From assembly GCA_944330115.1 (NCBI GenBank), contig CALVIN010000005.1, positions 41,542 through 105,541 of the forward strand: a stretch of DNA of 64,000 nt. Reading direction: 5' to 3'. The stretch comes from an uncultured Clostridia bacterium (GTDB lineage: Bacteria > Bacillota > Clostridia > Christensenellales > Borkfalkiaceae). Positions within the stretch are counted from its first letter, which is position 1; each line of letters begins with the position of its first letter. Positions 44,658 through 54,354 of this stretch are shown here, in pieces. Position numbers and translations under genes: made by a program. The notes under the pieces are model-generated. The model saw only the letters and a list, made by a program, of their open reading frames with translations. It searched no databases and was not told where the DNA came from.

Positions 44658-45605
44658 TTATAATTCCCCCTCCCCCGCTTCGTCGGCGGGGAGGATATTT
44701 ACCACCTTGCCGCCGCTTATTTCGGCGATAAAATATTTCACCTCGAACAGCCCCTCACCGCGCTCGTACACAAGCCCCGCGGCGTTGGGGCCGTACTTTT
44801 TTTGCGCGCCCTCGCTCGGCAGGGCGACGTCGGTATATCCGCCCAAATAATCCTTCAATGCCCCCTCCCTGCCCTTCAGCTCATCCGAGAGGTAAACTTC
44901 TGCCCCGCCGCACAGCACGCTTTCAAAGAAGGCGGCGGCGAGGGCGAAGGGCGCAGGTTCGCGCGAGGGCCTCGTGTAGCGCCCGCAAAGCGCAAATTTT
45001 TCGCCGTCGAAGGAGTAGCTGCTGTGGCAGACGGCGCGCGTGCAGCCGCCCGTGCGCTCGGTTATATTGAGTTCCTCGCCGAAGGTGACGCCCCCGCACC
45101 CGCCGAAAAACACCATATTTTCGCCGCGGAAGAGAGCGAGCGCGTTTTGGCCGCGGACGGCGGCGTATTCACACCCGCCCGTGCGCACGGCGCTTATTTT
45201 TGCCGTGCAAAACTTTTCGGAGAGGGCGCAAACCGTGCCCTTTCCCCCTCCGTCCGGCTCGGCGGCGGCATATATCCCGCCGAAGCGAAACACCGTGATC
45301 AGAGCTCCCGCCGCGCGCCCCTGCGCTATGACCTCTATCCTGCCCTCGCGCTCGGGATAGCGGGCTATGTATATGCCCCGCTCGTCCTCGGAATAATAGC
45401 TGTTGCAAAAGGCGTGCGGGGTGTGAAAAAAGCCCTCGTCGATAAAAAAATTGAGCGCGCCCCTGCACGAACAGGGCGCGATTTCGGCAAAGGCGCCCCT
45501 GCTTAAATCGATATCGGCAAACCGCTCGAACATATCGATCATGCCCACGAACTGCCCGTCAAGTTTTAGCGCCGCGCGCCCGGCAGACAAAAAATATACC
45601 CTCAT
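44658..45605 (-). CDS. Hypothetical protein
   Basis: 315-aa ORF with protein-like composition. No recognisable motifs. Confidence 0.45.
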   Translation of the reverse strand: MRVYFLSAGRAALKLDGQFVGMIDMFERFADIDLSRGAFAEIAPCSCRGALNFFIDEGFFHTPHAFCNSYYSEDERGIYIARYPEREGRIEVIAQGRAAGALITVFRFGGIYAAAEPDGGGKGTVCALSEKFCTAKISAVRTGGCEYAAVRGQNALALFRGENMVFFGGCGGVTFGEELNITERTGGCTRAVCHSSYSFDGEKFALCGRYTRPSREPAPFALAAAFFESVLCGGAEVYLSDELKGREGALKDYLGGYTDVALPSEGAQKKYGPNAAGLVYERGEGLFEVKYFIAEISGGKVVNILPADEAGEGEL

Positions 45606-45742
45606 TTTTCCACCTTAAAATTATTTTCATCTTTATATTTTAACGTATTAACGGCGCGCTTTATGTCAATATATACCCATGTAAAAATATTTGCGTCGCA
45701 ACGCAGGCGGCGATTTAGCGGAAGGCAATAAAAGGAGGAACT

Positions 45743-46339
45743 ATGAACAAGATAAACGGCTATACCGAAGACGAGGCGCGGGCATTTGTGCAGTATATGT
45801 ACGCGGGCAAGCGCGCGGGCAGGACGCTTTCGTCGCTGTTCGAGGGCTATGCGAAGAAGTCGGGCAGGGCAAAGGGCAGCGTGCGCAACTATTACTACGC
45901 GCTGCTGCGCAGCACGGGCAACAAGGAGGTGAAAAAGCTGCTGCGCGGCACCGACCTTAAGGCCGAGCCCGTGCGCGCCTTCACCGACGAGGAGACAGAC
46001 ATGATATTAAGGCGCATACTCACCGAAAAGAGCAAGGGGATTTCGGTGCGGCGCGCCGTGTTGGAGCTTGCGGGCGGGGACGACAAGCTGATGCTGCGCT
46101 ACCAGAACAAGTACCGCAACGTGCTTGCAAAGCAGCCCGAGCGCATACAGAGCATAAAGCGCGAGTGCGGCATACCCGAGGACGAGGGCAAGCGGCAGAT
46201 AGAGCGCGAGATAGACGGGCTGTATGACAGGCTGGCCTCCTCTCTGCGTGAGGAGAACGCGCGACTTAAGGGCGAGATAGAGAGCTTGAAGGGCGAAAAC
46301 GCGCGGCTGAAGTTACAAGTAAAAAATTTACAGTCATAA
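45743..46339 (+). CDS. Hypothetical protein with a C-terminal coiled coil (possible Myb/SANT-like helical N-domain)
   Basis: 198 aa, AGGAGG SD, C-terminal heptad-like LREENARLKGEIESLKGENARLKLQVKNLQ. Confidence 0.5.
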   Translation: MNKINGYTEDEARAFVQYMYAGKRAGRTLSSLFEGYAKKSGRAKGSVRNYYYALLRSTGNKEVKKLLRGTDLKAEPVRAFTDEETDMILRRILTEKSKGISVRRAVLELAGGDDKLMLRYQNKYRNVLAKQPERIQSIKRECGIPEDEGKRQIEREIDGLYDRLASSLREENARLKGEIESLKGENARLKLQVKNLQS

Positions 46340-46443
46340 ATTCCACCTCCCCTCCCATACTGCTTTTAAAGGGCGCTGAAAATGCACCAAGTTGCGGCAT
46401 ATGTTGCGCCGTTTTGCGCATACGCCGCGCCCAAAGGAGCGAT

Positions 46444-46653
46444 ATGAAGGAATTTATTTTGGGGCTTGCCGCAGGCATGGCGGGCGGAGCCATACTCGTT
46501 GCCAACAGCTGCAAGCTGAGGCAGATGATCAGAAAGAACCAGGAGGAATTTTTGCAGAAGGCCGAGAGTTACATCGACGAAAAGCTGGAGCAAGCCTCCC
46601 CGCAGCCCGCTCAGGCGCAGGCCGAGGGCGGAAGCAAAAAGAAAGAAGGCTGA
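46444..46653 (+). CDS. Small membrane-anchored protein (YtxH-like architecture)
   Basis: MKEFILGLAAGMAGGAILVA TM segment followed by a charged helix. AAAGGAG SD before ATG 46444. Confidence 0.4.
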   Translation: MKEFILGLAAGMAGGAILVANSCKLRQMIRKNQEEFLQKAESYIDEKLEQASPQPAQAQAEGGSKKKEG

Positions 46654-46862
46654 AAAACCTTGTTTTAAGGCGCGCGCCGCGGCAGTTGCCGCGGCGCGCC
46701 CGCATTTATACGATGCCATGTGCGATGCCAATATTTAATTGACGCATATATCCGCCCGCCGCTTGCAAATGGCGCGGCGGTATGTTATAATTTTATAAAG
46801 CCGCACGGCGCTGCGGCATACTGCCGCACGGCGTGAACGGTGCGGCGGCAACGGAGGAACTT

Positions 46863-47279
46863 TTGGCAAGGTACATAGCTTTCGACATAGGCGACAGGCG
46901 CATCGGCGTGGCCGTATCCGACCCGTTCAACAGCTACGCGCTGCCCTCGCAGACGTACGTGCGCAAGGGGTTTGCAACCGACATTGCGGCGCTTACGGCG
47001 CTGGCGGCCGAAAAGGGCGCTACCGACATAGTGTGCGGGTTGCCCGTGAACGCCGACGGCACGCCCTCGGAACAGACCGAAAAGACCGAGCGCTTTATAC
47101 GCGCGCTTGAAGAGGCGTTCGGCAAGGAGGTGTTCCGCGAGGACGAGAGATATACCTCGATAGTGGCGCACGAACAGCTGCACGAGAGCGGAAGGCATGC
47201 CAAAGAGCACAAAAAATACGTCGACGCGCTGGCCGCGGCGAGCATACTCGACGGATTTCTTTCAAAACTCAAAAAATAA
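46863..47279 (+). CDS. ruvX: Holliday-junction-resolvase-like pre-16S rRNA nuclease RuvX/YqgF
   Basis: RYIAFDIGDRRIGVAVSD... I placed the start at TTG 46863, 5 nt after GGAGGA; the track ORF starts at GTG 46833. Confidence 0.75.
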   Translation: MARYIAFDIGDRRIGVAVSDPFNSYALPSQTYVRKGFATDIAALTALAAEKGATDIVCGLPVNADGTPSEQTEKTERFIRALEEAFGKEVFREDERYTSIVAHEQLHESGRHAKEHKKYVDALAAASILDGFLSKLKK

Positions 47280-47289
47280 GGAGATGACA

Positions 47290-47598
47290 ATGGACGAAGA
47301 AGAAAAGCTTGACGACGGCATAATAGAGCTCATCGACGACGAAAACAACGTTGTGAAGTTCAGGCTGCTCGACGTTACCGAATACAAGGGCGAGAAATAC
47401 ACGCTGCTGCTTGCCGCCGAGCCCAACGACGAGATAGCCGAGGACGAGGTGGTGATATTCCGCCTCAACGAAAAGGAGGAATCGCTCGAACCCATCGAGG
47501 ACGAGGCCCTGCTGCAGGAGATATTCGACTTCTATCAGGAGGAGACCGAGGGCGAGGACGTGTATATCGACGAGGACGGCGGGGACGACGAAAATTAA
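47290..47598 (+). CDS. DUF1292-family acidic protein
   Basis: IELIDDENNVVKFRLLDVTEYKGEKYTLLL... is the usual ruvX neighbour. The start is the ATG 6 nt after AAGGAG. Confidence 0.7.
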   Translation: MDEEEKLDDGIIELIDDENNVVKFRLLDVTEYKGEKYTLLLAAEPNDEIAEDEVVIFRLNEKEESLEPIEDEALLQEIFDFYQEETEGEDVYIDEDGGDDEN

Positions 47599-47686
47599 AG
47601 CGCCCCTGCCCCTATATAAACTGCCAACTATATAGAATTGACGGGCGCGGCATTTGCCGCGCCCTTAAAAAATTATTTTGTAACAT

Positions 47687-47722
47687 AAAACCCTGCCCGC
47701 GGAATTCCGCGGGCAGGGTTTT
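47687..47722. terminator. Bidirectional terminator
   Basis: AAAACCCTGCCCGCGG-aatt-CCGCGGGCAGGGTTTT. Confidence 0.8.
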
Positions 47723-47739
47723 ATTAAAAGCGCATTAAA

Positions 47740-48684
47740 TCAATACTTGGTTATTACAACAGACTTTACGACGATGGCGGCGTTGGGCACGCTGTACTCA
47801 ACGGCCGTGGCCTGCTCGGCGATGTCCTCTATCCTGTCGACCTCTGCGGAAGTCGAGGTAGTGAAGTCGCTGTCTTCGTTATACTCGTCGTCGATGTAGT
47901 CCTCTATGGCATCCTTGAGGGAATCGAGGGTGTCGCTGTCGGCATCGCTTGAAAGGTAGCCGAAAGTGGCATAGCTCGACGTGGAGAGCGAGGAGCTGGT
48001 GCCCACCTGAATGGCAAACAGGCTGGTTGCGCAGTTGTATTCATAGTCGTGCTCGAGCACCTGGCCGCCGGACGTCTTTATGAACACGTGCGCCTCGGCG
48101 ATGTTGTCTATTACCTTGGGGGTATAGTACATCTTTAAGGAGCCGTATTCGGCGCCGCGCTGGCCGTTATCTATGACGTGGTCATTGTTGGAGAACTCGC
48201 CTATAAGGGTATGATATGCGTCCTCGTCGGATACCGTCATGTTGCCGTCGGCGTCGTAGGAATAGTCGGTATAGACCGAGGGAGTGAGCGCGCCCGAGTT
48301 GAACAGCGAGAGATAGTCGTCCTCCTTGTAGTACGACGAGTCGTTGAGATAGTCGTCGAAGGCGCCGTTTTCGGAGGCCTCGGCATAGGCCGCCTCTTCA
48401 TAGGCATAGCCGCCGCCGTACCAATCGTTGGTAGCGTAGTTGTGGATGATGGTGTTATCGTAAAAACCGGACTCCGCAAGCTCGATGAAGTGGCGAACGG
48501 TCTGGGGATACATATTCCTGTAGAGGGTGTATTCGATGACGTATTCGGTGCCGTTGAACTCGAGAGTGATCTGTGCACGGGGGTGATTAGTTTCGAGCGT
48601 GCAGCCGGCAAGTGCCGCAGAAGCGCCTATGGCCGCCGCAACAGCTACGCCGAAGATGGCGCGCTTTAACCTTTTGAATGACAT
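47740..48684 (-). CDS. Lipoprotein with a divergent cyclophilin-type peptidyl-prolyl isomerase-like domain
   Basis: Lipobox AALAGC at the signal-peptide end. YPQTVRHFIELAESGFYDNTIIHN resembles the cyclophilin core. Confidence 0.5.
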   Translation of the reverse strand: MSFKRLKRAIFGVAVAAAIGASAALAGCTLETNHPRAQITLEFNGTEYVIEYTLYRNMYPQTVRHFIELAESGFYDNTIIHNYATNDWYGGGYAYEEAAYAEASENGAFDDYLNDSSYYKEDDYLSLFNSGALTPSVYTDYSYDADGNMTVSDEDAYHTLIGEFSNNDHVIDNGQRGAEYGSLKMYYTPKVIDNIAEAHVFIKTSGGQVLEHDYEYNCATSLFAIQVGTSSSLSTSSYATFGYLSSDADSDTLDSLKDAIEDYIDDEYNEDSDFTTSTSAEVDRIEDIAEQATAVEYSVPNAAIVVKSVVITKY

Positions 48685-48907
48685 ATATGCCGCCTTGAGG
48701 AAAAAATTTTGTTCCTTATATATTTTTGCTGATACTATTGTATTTTACTTAATTTTAACGGGGCAGTCAAGCAATTTACGGCGCGGCAGATAAATTTCAC
48801 CGCTTTGCCACCAAATTTATAAATATTTTGCGGCCGCGCCCGCCTTGCGGCGCCATTGCGCCCGCCGTCTTTGCCGCGCCCTGCCCTTGCTCCCGCCGCG
48901 GCGGGCG

Positions 48908-48953
48908 CAAAACGGGGCGGACAGCAAAACCTGTCCGCCCCGTAAGCTTTTTT
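48908..48953 (-). terminator. Intrinsic terminator after rplL
   Basis: ACGGGGCGGACAG-caaaac-CTGTCCGCCCCGT is a 13-bp stem with T-runs on both strands. Confidence 0.8.
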
Positions 48954-48966
48954 AAATTTCTTAAAA

Positions 48967-49347
48967 TTATTCCATGGCTGCGGTTGCGCCTGCTGCCTTG
49001 AGGTCGGCAACGATCTTCTCTGCCTCTTCCTTGGCAACATTCTCTTTGAGCACGCCGCCCTTTTCAACGGCTGCCTTAGCCTCTACAAGGCCGAGACCGG
49101 TGAATGCGCGAACGACCTTGATAACGTCGATCTTCTTAGCGCCAACGTCCTTAAGAACTACGTTGAACTCGGTCTTCTCTTCAGCTGCGGGAGCGGCTGC
49201 TGCTGCGCCTGCTGCGGGAGCGGCTGCTACTGCTACGGGAGCAGCTGCGGATACGCCGAACTTCTCCTCGAGAGCCTTTACGAGCTCGTTGAGCTCAAGC
49301 ACGGTCATGTTGCTTATTTCGTCGATAAACTTATTGATATCTGCCAT
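48967..49347 (-). CDS. rplL: 50S ribosomal protein L7/L12
   Basis: [32 protein letters not shown]... Confidence 0.95.
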   Translation of the reverse strand: MADINKFIDEISNMTVLELNELVKALEEKFGVSAAAPVAVAAAPAAGAAAAAPAAEEKTEFNVVLKDVGAKKIDVIKVVRAFTGLGLVEAKAAVEKGGVLKENVAKEEAEKIVADLKAAGATAAME

Positions 49348-49469
49348 TTTAAACTTCCTCCGATTTATTTTTTATGGTTATTTTTGCCCTGTTATTTTGC
49401 GCGGGCACGCACATACTCTTTATGCGGCGGGTATGGGGCCGTGTGTTCCGCAAATTTTATGCGGGAATT

Positions 49470-49991
49470 TTACGCCTTGTTTTCGGCAACTCTTGCAAGC
49501 ACGCGAACGATACCCGATACGAGGTTGTTGAGCACACCTGCGAAGTTGGAGAGAGGCGCCTGCATGGAGCCGAGCATCTTTGCCACGAGCTCTTCCCTGG
49601 AAGGCATGGTTGCTAAGGCTTCCACACCCTTCTTGTCAACATAAGCGTTGTCTACATAGCCGCATTTTACAACGATCTTGGTGTCGTAGTCTTTTGCCGA
49701 CTTAACCATGAGCTTGGCCGCGGTAACTTCGTCCGCGCTGAAAGCTATGGCAGTGGGGCCGTTTAAAGCTTCATCGAAATCTTTAACGCCCATGTCGTTG
49801 AAAGCCTTTCTTACGAGCGTGTTTTTGTAGACCTTGTATTCGCAACCGGCTTCCCTGCACTTGTTCCTGAGTTCGGAAACTTCGGCAACGGTGAGCTTGT
49901 TGTAGTCCACTAAAACTACCGCCTTAGACGCCTTGATCTTAGAGGTTATCTCTTCGACAACCAGCTTCTTGGCTTCGAAATTAGCTGACAA
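49470..49991 (-). CDS. rplJ: 50S ribosomal protein L10
   Basis: (M)SANFEAKKLVVEEITSKIKASKAVVLVDYNKLTVAEVSELR. TTG start at 49991, 8 nt after AAAGGAGG. Confidence 0.9.
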   Translation of the reverse strand: MSANFEAKKLVVEEITSKIKASKAVVLVDYNKLTVAEVSELRNKCREAGCEYKVYKNTLVRKAFNDMGVKDFDEALNGPTAIAFSADEVTAAKLMVKSAKDYDTKIVVKCGYVDNAYVDKKGVEALATMPSREELVAKMLGSMQAPLSNFAGVLNNLVSGIVRVLARVAENKA

Positions 49992-50155
49992 TCTTTGTAC
50001 CTCCTTTAAGAAATTAAAAAAGCCTTTGCGCCGCGCGGCGTAAAGGACATAAAAAAAGAATATATCTTTGCGATGATCTCTTTTAAACCTTAACACCTCG
50101 GCAGGAAATTGAGCGTTGAAAACGCGCCTGCTGTCTGCGGCATCTTTGTTTTGCG
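49992..50155 (-). promoter_or_regulatory. rplJ leader with an attenuator-type terminator (L10-leader-like)
   Basis: About 160-nt 5' UTR. Minus strand: CCTTTACGCCG-cg-CGGCGCAAAGG followed by CTTTTTT, just upstream of the SD. The position and architecture fit Firmicute L10 leaders. Confidence 0.45.
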
Positions 50156-50160
50156 TGAAT

Positions 50161-50189
50161 ATTATATTGAATAACGAGGGGTTTGTCAA
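50161..50189 (-). promoter_or_regulatory. Consensus sigma-A promoter of rplJL
   Basis: Minus strand: TTGACA (50189-50184), 17 nt, TATAAT (50166-50161). Confidence 0.7.
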
Positions 50190-50270
50190 TTATTTTTGTC
50201 GTGTAAACACAAAAAATTTTTTATTTTTAAAAAATGCGCCGCATGTTTTTGCGGCGCAACCTTAAATAAG

Positions 50271-51470
50271 TCATTCGCATTTATCGGCGCGGGACGGGAT
50301 GAAGTATAGTATAGCCGCCGCTGCCGCCAGCAGCGCAAGGAATACCTCCGCCACTTGAAAATTTATGCCGCCCGCCGCTATAAGTATGATCTGTGCGGAA
50401 ACCGCCACATATACGGGCACTTCGATGCGGAGCGGCAGGGCGTGAACGGCGTCTTTGCGCGAGCATCTGCGGCAGAACACCGCCTCTGCTATAAACGACG
50501 CAACATACAGCGCAGCCGCAACGCAAGTTACGGCAGTAAATTCCGTCAGCGAAAAAAGCAAAGTTAAAAAGCAGAAAATAAATGTTCCGAGCCGCGAAAG
50601 GAACAACGGCGAAGGGGTGTGCGCAAACCGCCTGTGCAGTATTGCGCTTGCAAGCAGAAAAAGGAGCACTATGCCGAATATTATAGCCACCCTGCCGGCA
50701 AAACTTGTTTCGCTTATTTCAATAAGATGCAGGTCGGCCAGACTATGTATATTCATCATATACGCTATGGCTGCAGCCGCAAACAGCGCCGTTGCGGCAA
50801 AAATAAGCGTATTGCATATATGCAGCGCGCTTATTTTATTTTGTACGGCCCTTGTATGAAACAGCGACAATATTGCAGACGCCGCGCAGCCGGCCGCAGC
50901 GTAGGCCATCGTTAAAAATATATAGCCGTATACCGTTAAGTTATAGAAAACAAGTTCGGGAATATAGCCGAAAAATGCGATCAGCGAAGCGCAATAATAG
51001 AGTTTAGTCATCTTTGCGAGGTGAGTTTTATCCTCATCGGAGTAGTCGCACGCGTTTAAAAAGCGGTACCTGCCCACCTGCCACAATACAAATCCGGCGA
51101 GCAGAAAGGCCGTGAGTACGCCCAATCCGACGAACTTCGCCCACGTTTCGTTTATGCTGTAATAGCATATCAGGGCGACCACATAGCCCACCGCCGCCGA
51201 AACCGCAGAAAATGATATAAACATTGTGAGCAGCGTGCGGCGACGGTTTGCCAGCGCGCCGTCGGCGGGATCGACGCTCTCCTTTAAAAGATAGTCGCAG
51301 CTGACGCCGAAAAGTTCGGCCATCTTTACTATTTTATCCGTTTCGGGGTAGGCGGCATCGGACTCCCACTTCGAAACAGCCTGACGGGAAACGCCCAGGC
51401 TGTCGGCAAATTGCTCCTGCGTTATGAGGGCCTTTTTGCGGAGTGCGTAAATTTTTTGCCCGATAGTCAT
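50271..51470 (-). CDS. XRE-family HTH domain fused to a polytopic membrane domain
   Basis: IGQKIYALRKKALITQEQFADSLGVSRQAVSKWESDAAYPETDKIVKMAELFGVSCDYLL, then about 9 TM segments. Confidence 0.75.
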   Translation of the reverse strand: MTIGQKIYALRKKALITQEQFADSLGVSRQAVSKWESDAAYPETDKIVKMAELFGVSCDYLLKESVDPADGALANRRRTLLTMFISFSAVSAAVGYVVALICYYSINETWAKFVGLGVLTAFLLAGFVLWQVGRYRFLNACDYSDEDKTHLAKMTKLYYCASLIAFFGYIPELVFYNLTVYGYIFLTMAYAAAGCAASAILSLFHTRAVQNKISALHICNTLIFAATALFAAAAIAYMMNIHSLADLHLIEISETSFAGRVAIIFGIVLLFLLASAILHRRFAHTPSPLFLSRLGTFIFCFLTLLFSLTEFTAVTCVAAALYVASFIAEAVFCRRCSRKDAVHALPLRIEVPVYVAVSAQIILIAAGGINFQVAEVFLALLAAAAAILYFIPSRADKCE

Positions 51471-51658
51471 TTAGTTCACCTCTGTTTTTAGTTTATTTTA
51501 TCGGCTTTGAGTAAATTATATCACCTATGCGGGATACATTCAATAGCTTTGGGGTTGCGTTTTGTAAAAACAGGGTTGACATTTAAAACTTAACCGTTTT
51601 TTCAACTTGAACAGCCGATGCACATCCTCATAAAGCGCATATTATACAGATCGAAAAA

Positions 51659-51700
51659 GCCCCTGCGGGGCGCAGTTCTGCGCCCCGCAGGGGCCTGTTT
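51659..51700 (-). terminator. Intrinsic terminator after the QueD-like gene
   Basis: GCCCCTGCGGGGCGCAG...CTGCGCCCCGCAGGGGC is a long stem with CTTTTT on the minus strand. Confidence 0.75.
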
Positions 51701-51827
51701 TACAGGCGGTATTAAAAAATAAAACTTACAATCAAACTTACACTTTGCCGCACGGGCGGCTTAAAATGTTGCTATACGCGGCTTAAAATGTTGCCGAAAG
51801 CGGCTTGAATACCGCCATGCGCGGCTG

Positions 51828-51890
51828 AAAATATATTTAAAAAATAATTAAATTAAATTTAATTAAATTAAATTTTTAATTTATTTTTTA
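51828..51890. repeat. A/T-only tract abutting the stop codon of the QueD-like gene
   Basis: aaaatatatttaaaaaataattaaattaaatttaattaaattaaatttttaatttatttttta. Confidence 0.9.
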
Positions 51891-52454
51891 TGCCTTTTTA
51901 TAGCCGCACTTGGGGCATACTCCCTTTTCGTTGAGGGCTATGCCGCAGAGAGGGCAGCGCTCGATGTTGTTGTGCGTGTCAAATTCCGCCGATGCCGCGT
52001 TTACGCCGCTGGTAAAGGTTATCTTTGCGATGTTCAGCTTGTCCTTCAGGAGGTCGTAAACTATCTTTATCATGCCCTCCACCGTCATCGTCTCCTTGGT
52101 TACGACGAGGCGGCAGTCGGGGTATGCCGTGGCGAGTTCCGTTTTGAATGCCGCGCCCTTCATCTTGTTCTGCGGCGCGCCGTTTTTTATGCCCTGCTTT
52201 TCATATACTTCCAAAATTGCGGGCAGAAGGGGGTCGTCCTCGCGCAGAATGAGCGCATGGTCGAAGTTTTTGAGCACCTCCCACGCCGTCTTTTTTATTT
52301 CGTTGCAGGGGAAAACCATGTTTACGCCCTCTTCTATGCTGTCCTCTACCTCTATCGTGAGTATGCCGGTGTGGCCGTGCAGATACTGCGCCTCGCCCTT
52401 AAAGCCGTAAAATCTGTGCGCATATTGTAAATCTAATGTAGTGATGCTTCTCAT
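51888..52454 (-). CDS. 6-pyruvoyl-tetrahydropterin synthase / QueD-family protein with a C-terminal zinc ribbon
   Basis: AHRFYGFKGEAQYLHGHTG (HGH motif). C-terminal CPLCG...CPKCG. Confidence 0.65.
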   Translation of the reverse strand: MRSITTLDLQYAHRFYGFKGEAQYLHGHTGILTIEVEDSIEEGVNMVFPCNEIKKTAWEVLKNFDHALILREDDPLLPAILEVYEKQGIKNGAPQNKMKGAAFKTELATAYPDCRLVVTKETMTVEGMIKIVYDLLKDKLNIAKITFTSGVNAASAEFDTHNNIERCPLCGIALNEKGVCPKCGYKKA

Positions 52455-52660
52455 AGTAAACTCCTTATGTTTTGCATTTTTTGTTTGCCGCCGCTTTTCC
52501 GCGCGCAGCTAAATCTTATTAAGATTTGTTCTTGATAAGAGAATAACATACGAGAAACGGTTTGTCAATAGCAAAATGTAAAGTTGCAAATATTAGTGCA
52601 TACTGCACAAATTATATGGCAAAAAATAAGGCGGACAGACCATCCGCCTTGAATTTTATT

Positions 52661-53350
52661 TTAGCCTTTATTATAGTTTACCTTCACGCCGGGGCCCATC
52701 GTGGAAGTGAGCGTTACGCTCTTGATGTACTGACCCTTTGCAGCCGAGGGCTTAGCCTTTACTATGGCGTCCATGAGGGCGTTGAAGTTTTCGGCTATCT
52801 TTTCTGCGCCGAACGACTTTTTGCCGATGGGGCAGTGGATGATCGCCGTTTTATCGAGGCGGTATTCAACTTTACCTGCCTTAACTTCCTGAACGGCCTT
52901 TGCAACGTCCATGGTAACGGTACCTGACTTGGGGTTGGGCATGAGGCCCTTGGGGCCGAGGATACGGCCTATGCGGCCGACTACGCCCATCATGTCGGGC
53001 GTGGTGATCATTACGTCGAAATCGAACCAGTTTTCGTGCTGGATCTTCTGGATGATCTCCTCTGCGCCGACGATATCTGCGCCTGCTGCGGCGGCTGCGT
53101 CGGCCCTTTCACCCTTTGCAACTACCAAAACCTTCTTGGTTTTGCCGGTGCCGTTGGGGAGCACTAAAACGCCGCGCACCTGCTGATCGGCCTGACGGGG
53201 GTCAACGCCGAGGCGAACGTGGAGCTCTATAGTTTCGTCGAACTTTGCCTTTGCGGTGGAGAGCGTGAGGTTTACCGCTTCGGCTACGTCGTATGCCTTG
53301 GAATGATCGTAAGATTTAACGCTTTCTGCGTATTTCTTGCCAACTTTCAT
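52661..53350 (-). CDS. rplA: 50S ribosomal protein L1
   Basis: [12 protein letters not shown]...[13 protein letters not shown]... Confidence 0.95.
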   Translation of the reverse strand: MKVGKKYAESVKSYDHSKAYDVAEAVNLTLSTAKAKFDETIELHVRLGVDPRQADQQVRGVLVLPNGTGKTKKVLVVAKGERADAAAAAGADIVGAEEIIQKIQHENWFDFDVMITTPDMMGVVGRIGRILGPKGLMPNPKSGTVTMDVAKAVQEVKAGKVEYRLDKTAIIHCPIGKKSFGAEKIAENFNALMDAIVKAKPSAAKGQYIKSVTLTSTMGPGVKVNYNKG

Positions 53351-53433
53351 TATATTATAATCCTCCGTGTGGTATTTTCGAGGGGTTCGACTTTTGGGTT
53401 ACTATGTCCCCTCTCCCACATATTCAAATGCGC

Positions 53434-53859
53434 TTACTCTTCTACGGTAACGCCCATAGAGCGCGCGGTGCCCTTTACCATGCTTATAGCCGCCTCTAAG
53501 GTGGAGCAGTTTAAGTCGGGCAGTTTGGTTTTAGCTATCTCTTCAACCTGAGCCTTGGTAAGCTGGCCTACCTTGTCCCTGTTGGGACGGGCGCTCGCCG
53601 TATCGATGCCGAGGGCCTTTTTAACGAGCACGGGCGTAGGGGGAGTTTTGAGGATGAAGGTGAAGCTTCTGTCCTGATAGATGGTAACTATGCAGGGAAT
53701 TATAAGGCCGGCCTTATCGGCGGTTTTAGCGTTGAATTCCTTGGTGAAACCGGGAATGTTGATGCCGTGAGGGCCGAGGGTGGAACCTACGGGGGGCGCA
53801 GGGGTGGCCTTGCCGGCAGGGAGCTGCAATTTTACTACAGCGGTGATCTTCTTTGCCAT
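53434..53859 (-). CDS. rplK: 50S ribosomal protein L11
   Basis: [34 protein letters not shown]... Confidence 0.95.
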   Translation of the reverse strand: MAKKITAVVKLQLPAGKATPAPPVGSTLGPHGINIPGFTKEFNAKTADKAGLIIPCIVTIYQDRSFTFILKTPPTPVLVKKALGIDTASARPNRDKVGQLTKAQVEEIAKTKLPDLNCSTLEAAISMVKGTARSMGVTVEE

Positions 53860-53935
53860 AAATAAAAGTCCTCCTATGTGGTAATAACGAAACGCGCCAT
53901 GAAAAAGGTGTATTTAGCGCGCTCTCCCACGAAAA

Positions 53936-54295
53936 GCAAGCTCACGCAAAATCTTTGCCTGCGGCAAATCTTTTGCCGTGAATTTATAATAGTGTCGCAG
54001 GGCGCTTAACGCCCGAACTAAATTCGGGCTACGCCCTCCGTCATTATTTATTTGGGAAAGGGTTCACGAAAATCTTTTGCCTGCGGCAAAATTCTTTTCG
54101 TGATATTTATAATATTGTCGCAGGGCGCTTAACGCCCGAAATAAATTCGGGCTGCGCCCTCCGGCATTATTTATTTTGGAAATGAGCTCACGGCAAAATC
54201 TTTGCCTGCGGCAAATCTTTTGCCGTGAAATCTATTTGGTCGTGAAAGTGCAAAACGTGCGAACTGAATTCGGGCTGCACTTTCTCGGCAAAATC
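53936..54295. repeat. Tandem repeat of 121-124 bp units, about 2.8 copies, each made of two hairpin modules, between nusG and rplK
   Basis: Units start near 53941, 54062 and 54186. Module 1: CACG(G)CAAAATCTTTGCC-tgc-GGCAAATCTTTTGCCGTG. Module 2: AGGGCGC-ttaa-CGCCCGAA-ataaa-TTCGGGCTGCGCCCT. The third unit is diverged. Confidence 0.85.
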
Positions 54296-54354
54296 AATGT
54301 AAAAAATGCCGTCAGTTGGGGCATACTGCCGCGCCAAACGCAAAACGCCGCCCT

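Noticed and set aside
53936-54295. Possible CRISPR array (regular repeats with hairpins); also considered for the A/T tracts and hairpin repeat clusters
   Set aside because: The units are about 121-124 bp whole-unit tandem duplications with no unique spacers. The other elements lack constant repeat/spacer periodicity. No cas genes are in the window.
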